This document shows, one piece after another, positions 1 to 5,232 of a stretch of DNA of 5,232 nt. This DNA comes from Amoeboradix gromovi X-113. Lineage: Eukaryota > Fungi > Sanchytriomycota. The notes under the pieces were generated by a model. The model was not told where the DNA came from. It did no database searches and was given only the letters and a program-made list of their open reading frames with translations. The position numbers and the translations under genes are program-made. The first letter of the stretch is position 1. Each line of letters starts with the position of its first letter. Location: NCBI GenBank assembly GCA_018985225.1, contig JADGIF010000679.1, positions 1-5,232 of the forward strand. Reading direction: 5' to 3'.

Positions 1-2
1 TG

Positions 3-1124
3 CACATCCAGCAGCCAGCCACAATGTCACTTCTACTTACCGACTGCTGCGTCAGTGTATCAGACGATAACAGGGTAGAATGCTCGTTTGGTAGGGTCAA
101 AGAGATCGTATGGAACTCAATGAATTTAAATGGATATATTAATTCCAGTGCAATTCCATCCGCTTTGGAGAACTTTGATCTATATGACCAATCGTTAACG
201 GGCCCAATGTTGAAGTCCATACCTGATATGGTTGGGCAATTTAACGTTGGCTACAGCCGGTTAACGGGAAATATTCCAAATATGCCGGGATCTCTAACAG
301 ATATAAACCTTTGCTACAACCAACTCAACGGAACAATTCCTAGTCCTTTGCCGCAATACATGACATCGCTCTACATTCCTGGTAACATGTTTACTGGCTC
401 CATTCCCAATCCGCTTCCCATATATTTGAACTACCTTGTGATCCATGACAACAAGCTATCAGGAGTGTTACCTGATATGCCAGCAGCAATGGTATATCTC
501 TCACTATCGTTTGAGCTTCGCAATAAAAACTACTTCACTGGAACTGTAAGACTACATGCTCCAGAAAGCGTATTTTTGCAGTTCAATTACATAACTGATT
601 TGATAATCGAAGATGTTACTCAAATTGTTGATTGCGATATTTCATTTACAGCACTCAAGAACAATCCAAATATTGCAAAGTTAACGATGTGCACGAGGAA
701 CAATTTATACTTGCCCACCCTTCCAAAGTCAACTACAGTGCTTGGACCGAAATCGTCTGCTTCTACAGTACTTGAACCTATTCTGCAAGCGACATCACAA
801 ATAAAACAGAGCACGCCTTATAAGTCTCCATCTCGATCAACCAGTACCAAGTTTTATATTTTGAAAAGTACCCGAACATCTTCGTCTGTTATATTCAGTT
901 CGAAATCAGAGCATATTAAATTTTCGATTGATATGAACCAATTCTCCCAAATGGACAAGTTCCCTCTGGCATTAGACTTGAAGAGTGTTATAAAAATGAT
1001 AATCAAGCTGCTCCTTAATGGCATGATGCTAAGTTTTATCATCAGTAAAACACCATTCAAGAGAGATGTCACTGCCATGCGTAATAGAAAAGCGAAGACT
1101 GACCTTACTCTCACCGATGCTTAA
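3..1124 (+). CDS. Leucine-rich-repeat, membrane-anchored receptor-like/surface protein (probably 5'-partial)
   Basis: ORF track 24..1124; the frame stays open upstream to the window edge (HIQQPAT-MSLLL), so the true start and signal peptide probably lie outside the window. Cys-containing N-cap (TDCC...VEC...RVKEIVW). About five or six 21-22 aa LRRs of LxxLxLxxNxLxGxIP type (LTDINLCYNQLNGTIPSPLPQY, MTSLYIPGNMFTGSIPNPLPIY, LNYLVIHDNKLSGVLPDMPAA). Then a Cys C-cap (CDISF...LTMC), a Ser/Thr-rich stalk, a hydrophobic segment (VIKMIIKLLLNGMMLSFII) and a short basic tail. Confidence 0.85.
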   Translation, partial: HIQQPATMSLLLTDCCVSVSDDNRVECSFGRVKEIVWNSMNLNGYINSSAIPSALENFDLYDQSLTGPMLKSIPDMVGQFNVGYSRLTGNIPNMPGSLTDINLCYNQLNGTIPSPLPQYMTSLYIPGNMFTGSIPNPLPIYLNYLVIHDNKLSGVLPDMPAAMVYLSLSFELRNKNYFTGTVRLHAPESVFLQFNYITDLIIEDVTQIVDCDISFTALKNNPNIAKLTMCTRNNLYLPTLPKSTTVLGPKSSASTVLEPILQATSQIKQSTPYKSPSRSTSTKFYILKSTRTSSSVIFSSKSEHIKFSIDMNQFSQMDKFPLALDLKSVIKMIIKLLLNGMMLSFIISKTPFKRDVTAMRNRKAKTDLTLTDA

Positions 1125-1251
1125 TTTACTGAAGTTAATAAGGTTATGATTCATCAAGTTGCGATTTCCTTTTGCTCATATTTCTGTGCTCACGAAACTA
1201 GCCCAGCTCCTCGAAACTAGTTTAATGAACCTAAAAGCAAAATGAGACAAA

Positions 1252-1776
1252 TTAGTTTAAAATCGGTTTATTCAGTCTCGGAATTCTGTTAAGTACAGAT
1301 CTATATTTTATTGCCTCTTCGTGCAGTTTGATTTTTCTGTTTATGGCCTCACTCTTATTGTTGGAAGCACCAATCAGTTCCAGTCCTAGCTTCTCAGCAA
1401 ATCCACCTTCTTTTCTTTTACTGGCGGCTTCTACAATCCACAGTATTGCCAAGCGCTTACTCTGCTTATCTAGTAAAGGTTTGGGCTGTAAGTCGATTTT
1501 ATTTTTAAGTTTCCTCTTCTTTAGTCCTACAATAGGCTGTACGTTACTTATGGCTTTTTCTACAGTAGTAAATTCATCTTGGTTACTGTTCTTTTGTACA
1601 ACTTCCATTGCTGACATAATCAAATTTAATGCTCTTTGCTTCTTTCCATCCTTCATCAACAAATTTGTAAACTGACTTATTAATGGATTGAATTGATAGT
1701 TAGACTTGATGCTATTCAAAAGAGGCTTCTGCATCTTGAGCGGTGCATTTGCAGCGGCATTCTTGAGTGCTTGCAT
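1252..1776 (-). CDS. RSM7: Mitochondrial small-subunit ribosomal protein uS7m (bacterial-type S7, nuclear-encoded)
   Basis: 174 aa with bacterial-type uS7 motifs: PLISQFTNLLMKDGKK, AISNVQP, RLAILWIVEAASKR, KLGLELIGA, AINRKIKLH. The N-terminal ~40 aa have no acidic residues and are Ala/Lys/Asn-rich, like a presequence. No rpsL or fusA neighbours, and it sits next to an intron-containing gene, so mitochondrial targeting is inferred. Confidence 0.85.
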   Translation of the reverse strand: MQALKNAAANAPLKMQKPLLNSIKSNYQFNPLISQFTNLLMKDGKKQRALNLIMSAMEVVQKNSNQDEFTTVEKAISNVQPIVGLKKRKLKNKIDLQPKPLLDKQSKRLAILWIVEAASKRKEGGFAEKLGLELIGASNNKSEAINRKIKLHEEAIKYRSVLNRIPRLNKPILN

Positions 1777-2259
1777 CCCCGAGTGTGATGTATCAACTCA
1801 ATTAGTCTGGGACCCCAAAATTGAGAATTTTCACAAAAGAAACTAGCAATGCAAATTGCTGTGTTAAGCACTTACTCACACTTTTATACACGGATGTGGA
1901 TTGAATATGGGTGCATACACTTCGATTATATGTTATTTACCAAGATCAAGTCTCTATTTACTTGCCAAAGATAATTTCTACATAAAGATGTCCTCAAATT
2001 ACTCTTCTTCATAAGAGCACATTTTTCGCGTTTGACTAGTAAATTCTTGATTACATACTACTAATGTCTTTCCTCTTTATCTGAACTTACACTTGATTTT
2101 TAGACCGGATTCTGAAATATACTGTTTTATGGAGATATAAGAGTCTAGAAAGTGAGAGCATCAGAGAGGTATAGCTCATTTAATCACGACAAATTCTTTA
2201 TTTAATTAAAATAGATATCTGTTTTTGTAACTTTTAACTTTCAAGGAGCATCTAGAAGA

Positions 2260-2799
2260 ATGTCCAGTGCTGCCGTAAAAAGATTAATGAACGAATACAA
2301 ACAGCTATGTAAAGATTCTCCAGATGGCATTACTGCTGGTCCTTCTGATGAATCAAATTATTTAGAATGGGATGCTATAGTAATGGGGTATTTCTTTTCT
2401 AATTTAGTCCCGACGGCTGTGCATATGAAGGCGGTGTGTTTACTGCAAAGCTTTCCTTTCCGCAAAACTATCCATTGCAACCACCTAAAATGAGATTTAC
2501 ATGCGAAATGCTCCATCCCAATGTGTATGCTAACGGCGAAGTCTGCATTAGTATTTTACATGCACCTGGCGAAGACCAGTATGGTTATGAAGATAGTTCT
2601 GAAAGATGGTCTCCAGTTCAGAGCGTTGAGAAGATATTGCTGAGCGTTGTGAGCATGTTACATGAGCCGAACCCAGAATCACCCGCTAATATTGATGCTG
2701 GAAAGTTGATGCGTGAATCCCCAAAGGAATTCGAGAGACAAGTATTAATAGTTTATTTAGGTTAGGCAACTAGTAAAGAGAACATTAGGGCTAGATTGA
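2260..2799 (+). CDS. UBC7: Ubiquitin-conjugating enzyme E2, Ubc7/UBE2G2 family; join(2260..2387,2408..2741,2761..2799), 166 aa
   Basis: Removing two GT-AG introns joins ORFs 2260.. and 2436.. into [16 protein letters not shown]...WDAIVMG|[30 protein letters not shown]...[45 protein letters not shown]...EFERQ|[12 protein letters not shown]. It has the HPN motif, the catalytic Cys in VCISIL and the acidic-loop insertion of Ubc7/UBE2G. The length matches the ~165 aa family norm. Confidence 0.95.
2388..2407 (+). other. Spliceosomal intron 1 of UBC7 (20 nt, phase 2)
   Basis: GTATTTCTTTTCTAATTTAG, with GT..AG ends and a CTAAT branch-like motif next to the acceptor. Removal restores the conserved M-G-P-D-G-x-x-Y-E-G-G and fixes the frameshift between the two ORFs. 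Confidence 0.92.
2742..2760 (+). other. Spliceosomal intron 2 of UBC7 (19 nt, phase 0)
   Basis: GTATTAATAGTTTATTTAG, with the same GTATT donor and ATTTAG acceptor as intron 1. Removal replaces the aberrant VLIVYLG* end with the Ubc7-like C-terminal helix [12 protein letters not shown]. Confidence 0.85.
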
Positions 2800-3330
2800 A
2801 GCTTATAAAAACAAAGTAAATCACTTACATTTCATCTAGAACAAACTCGACAATATTTAGACCAAATTTGAAAATCAGGTCCTTAATGATTGTTACCTAT
2901 TCTTTCCATGAGTTGAAGGTGATTGTTAACGCATTTACAGTTAGATTCACGATTCCATAACAGTAGACTGGAAATTTAAATGATCGTCATAAATGAATTA
3001 ATATCAGTAGAGATAAGCGTTTTTAGATTGAGTTCAACGATTGCAAAGAATAGAAGATTTATGGTGGATTCATTAAAAAGGCAGTATGAGTGGAATCATC
3101 ATTGGGAACCGAGGTTCCTGCTGATTTTAGTGTGGCGAGTGCTTTTGGCAACGCACCTCTACCGTATAATCCACAATTCCAAGAAGCGGTCAAATGGCGA
3201 TAGGCGATATTGTATTGCTAAGTAATTGACAATATGAGTTTGTATTTCATCAAGAATGCTAAATGTATAAAGATCTAACAAACAAGTTATTTACTGAAAT
3301 GTTCCGACATGTTAGTTTCATACTTATTTC

Positions 3331-3360
3331 TATCCTTAGTGTATGCCTTATCCTTAGTGT
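3331..3360. repeat. Short direct repeat, 12 bp x2 (TATCCTTAGTGT), 18-bp period
   Basis: Exact copies at 3331..3342 and 3349..3360, separated by ATGCCT. Confidence 0.6.
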
Positions 3361-3443
3361 TGATATGAATTTTTTTATCTTCATCTGCGTTGCGCGTTAC
3401 GATTGGTGTAGTAGATTTCGATGCATGATAACAGATATTGGAA

Positions 3444-4928
3444 TCAAATGCAGCCTTTTCGGGTTAGATAATGTGGGTATGACAAACTTTCAATTTTTGA
3501 CAAATCGAATTTTAACTCAGTTGTACTCGGTCTTTCTAAAGTATCACAGAGTTTGGAAATAATCGACTGCAATGGAAACTGAGTCGACGAATTATTCCTT
3601 AATTCTCGCAAATGACTCATATGTGCCTAAAACATAAAGTTGTCTCTGAAGATTGAATCTTTTTCCAATTTTGAAAGAACAGAATCAGGAGATAGCCAGT
3701 CGTTTCCAATCTTTTCAAATTGCTTGCAAACGAAATCCGTCAGGCATACAAATTGACAAGTGATACCCCATAATAAGAAATCATGAAGATTGTCTAACAT
3801 AAATTTGCTAACACGTTTAACATGTCCTTCGTTATTTGAAATACCAACTAATTCCATAACAACTTTGATACATTTAGGATGGCTTTTCAACAATTCACAC
3901 AGAGCCGGATAAAATTCCTTTTGCTCAAAGTAACTCTTCATCCGAACAATGCATATATCCAAAGCAAATCCATAGTCCGTAGAGTCTTTGTTCTTTGTCA
4001 ATGCTCCTAGGTATTGGTTTAACGAAAGGTTGGAAATCCCCACCAATAAATCTCGTTCCTTTGTAATATCAACAATTTGTCGCTGAGTCCAGTCGGATTC
4101 AAAGGAAATATTTAATTCAAATTCTATAATCACAGAAACACAGATGCGTTCGAAAATTGTGCATACATCTCGACTGTTTGCAATAATATCATAGTTATCT
4201 CTACATCTGATTATTGAGTATTCAGTTGGTTCAATTTCTAAATCTATTAATCGCTGCACCATAATGCCATCTAAAATAATCAAAAAGAGTTCGGCAAGCT
4301 CATCAACAACTTTAGATCCAATAGGTATACCTCTTGTTTGTTTCCATTGACATTTTTGAATTGCTGAATCTAGAGCATCAGCCCATTTTAAATCACTGAG
4401 ATTTCCCGTATCATAATTATTTTTTCCTGCACTTCTGGAACCAGAGGCAATCCAGGCCATTACGTGTGTATATAATGAATGGTAAAACCGAATAATATCA
4501 AATCTCGTAGTGAAAAAGTTGATATGCATCAAATCCTAACGTAAAGATTTAAGACTCTCTGCCGCTGAGGCATAGTGTATATTCGAACATTTGCTCCACG
4601 AATTTGATAATACAGGCGGCACATTTAAAAAAACATTATTATGGACAATATCACACAATTCAGCAAAAGCCGCAGGATGAATTATTTTCGTGGTAAGTGA
4701 AACGTTTTTTGATTTAAGATAGGTTATTGGCAGATAATCATAAAAATCTGAATATCCAGTATAAGATTTTAAATCGTAATATGTATGATACATTTGCGGA
4801 AGTTGATCCGGAAAAAAGGATTGATACCATTTTGTTACAGTATCTGATACAGAATGCTTACCTTCCGATAGTTTCTTGTGAATTTTCATTGTTGAGTCAT
4901 GTCTTGAAGGCGTTGGATATGTGTTCAT
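3444..4928 (-). pseudogene. Abi-class (Abi-P2/AbiK-like) reverse transcriptase-related gene; one ~494-codon frame with two in-frame TAGs (pseudogene or recoded)
   Basis: ORFs 4928..4536 and 4532..3627 are in the same frame, separated by TAG-GAT. After the TAG at 3629..3627 the frame stays open for 60 more codons, to TGA at 3446..3444. Motifs occur in RT order: IIHPAAF, motif A FDIIRFYHSLYTHVMAW (Asp at 4499..4497), motif B QTRGIPIGSKVVDELAE (4340 onward), motif C IIRCRDNYDI (CRDN at 4205..4194), then EFELNIS and a helical-looking C-terminal region. Confidence 0.75.
3627..4532 (-). CDS. RT-core segment of the Abi-like RNA-directed DNA polymerase (longest stop-free piece, 301 aa)
   Basis: Contains D..FY.S.YTH...W, GIP.GS....LAE and the degenerate R(Y>C)RD(D>N)Y motif. 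It lacks the N-terminal part encoded by 4928..4536, so it is unlikely to be a complete gene by itself. Confidence 0.55.
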   Translation of the reverse strand: MMHINFFTTRFDIIRFYHSLYTHVMAWIASGSRSAGKNNYDTGNLSDLKWADALDSAIQKCQWKQTRGIPIGSKVVDELAELFLIILDGIMVQRLIDLEIEPTEYSIIRCRDNYDIIANSRDVCTIFERICVSVIIEFELNISFESDWTQRQIVDITKERDLLVGISNLSLNQYLGALTKNKDSTDYGFALDICIVRMKSYFEQKEFYPALCELLKSHPKCIKVVMELVGISNNEGHVKRVSKFMLDNLHDFLLWGITCQFVCLTDFVCKQFEKIGNDWLSPDSVLSKLEKDSIFRDNFMF

Positions 4929-5232
4929 TTTTACTCATTACAAAATTAAATATTATGTTTAACTGCATTAATACAGAATACGAATTTCCATGAGCGAACT
5001 CGTATGGCTGGCCACGCCATTTTACACTCCGTATGCTAAGGTGTCCTACAGAGATCTACCAACTAAACTTGCTTTATCGACAGAAATTAAACAAGTGGGA
5101 CATCAAATATAAAAACTGGACTAACTTTCTGTAACAACTTGGAACCTTATTTCAGCTTTATTACTTTATGGATTTAAGAGACGAGTGGACATTCAGCTAG
5201 TTGCGGAGTTGACGAGTATAAAAGGAAAATAA

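Noticed and set aside
620-1675. ORFs 620..814(-), 854..1114(-) and 1328..1675(+)
   Set aside because: Antisense shadows of the LRR and uS7m genes, with no recognisable motifs.
1252-1776. Bacterial rpsG in a str operon (prokaryotic origin for the window)
   Set aside because: No rpsL, fusA or tuf nearby, and the neighbour is a spliced ubiquitin E2 gene.
1193-1847. GAAACTAG copies (1194, 1213, 1839) flanking the uS7m gene, as a possible target-site duplication
   Set aside because: These 8-9 bp AT-rich matches are plausible by chance, and there is no poly(A) remnant or other retrocopy sign.
3105-3118. GGAACC-GA-GGTTCC inverted repeat
   Set aside because: A 6-bp stem with a 2-nt loop and no U-tract is not significant.
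2980-3562. ORFs 2980..3225(+) and 3263..3562(+) as possible RT partner or effector genes
   Set aside because: No recognisable domain. They are on the opposite strand to the RT, and the second overlaps the RT C-terminal extension. Its hydrophobic stretch arises partly from the 12-bp repeat and T-rich sequence.
3616-3633. In-frame 18-nt candidate intron on the minus strand (GTTTTAGGCACATATGAG) covering the second RT TAG
   Set aside because: The GTTTT donor and GAG acceptor do not match the GTATT...TTTAG pattern. Unsupported without RNA-seq.
4536-4555. Host-sized 20-nt GT..AG candidate intron on the minus strand (GTCTTAAATCTTTACGTTAG) that would remove the first RT TAG
   Set aside because: The flanking ORFs are already in frame. 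Removing 20 nt shifts the frame and reaches a TGA within about 12 codons. The donor also differs from GTATT.
4727-4993. ORF 4727..4993(+)
   Set aside because: Non-ATG start, and mostly antisense to the RT N-terminal segment.
4929-5232. Retron msr-msd, DGR template repeat, or LTR/TIR upstream of the RT
   Set aside because: No convincing a1/a2 inverted repeats, long hairpin, repeat pair or terminal repeat was found by eye, and the RT lacks the retron VTG signature. Abi-class RTs need no ncRNA. A folding or covariance search was not possible.

Overview
AT-rich, gene-dense eukaryotic nuclear DNA; the proteins look opisthokont or fungal, probably a reduced zoosporic fungus (inference only). It contains four recognisable loci: (1) a 5'-partial membrane-anchored LRR receptor-like gene; (2) a nuclear-encoded mitochondrial ribosomal protein uS7m on the minus strand; (3) a divergently transcribed Ubc7/UBE2G2 E2 gene split by two extremely small GT-AG introns of 20 and 19 nt; and (4) a minus-strand reading frame of about 495 codons (4928..3444) encoding a bacterial Abi-class (Abi-P2/AbiK-like) reverse transcriptase. 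The RT frame has no frameshift but is interrupted by two in-frame TAG codons, and its YxDD motif reads CRDN. The main finding is a prokaryotic antiphage-type RT in a eukaryotic chromosome, either recently pseudogenised or recoded.
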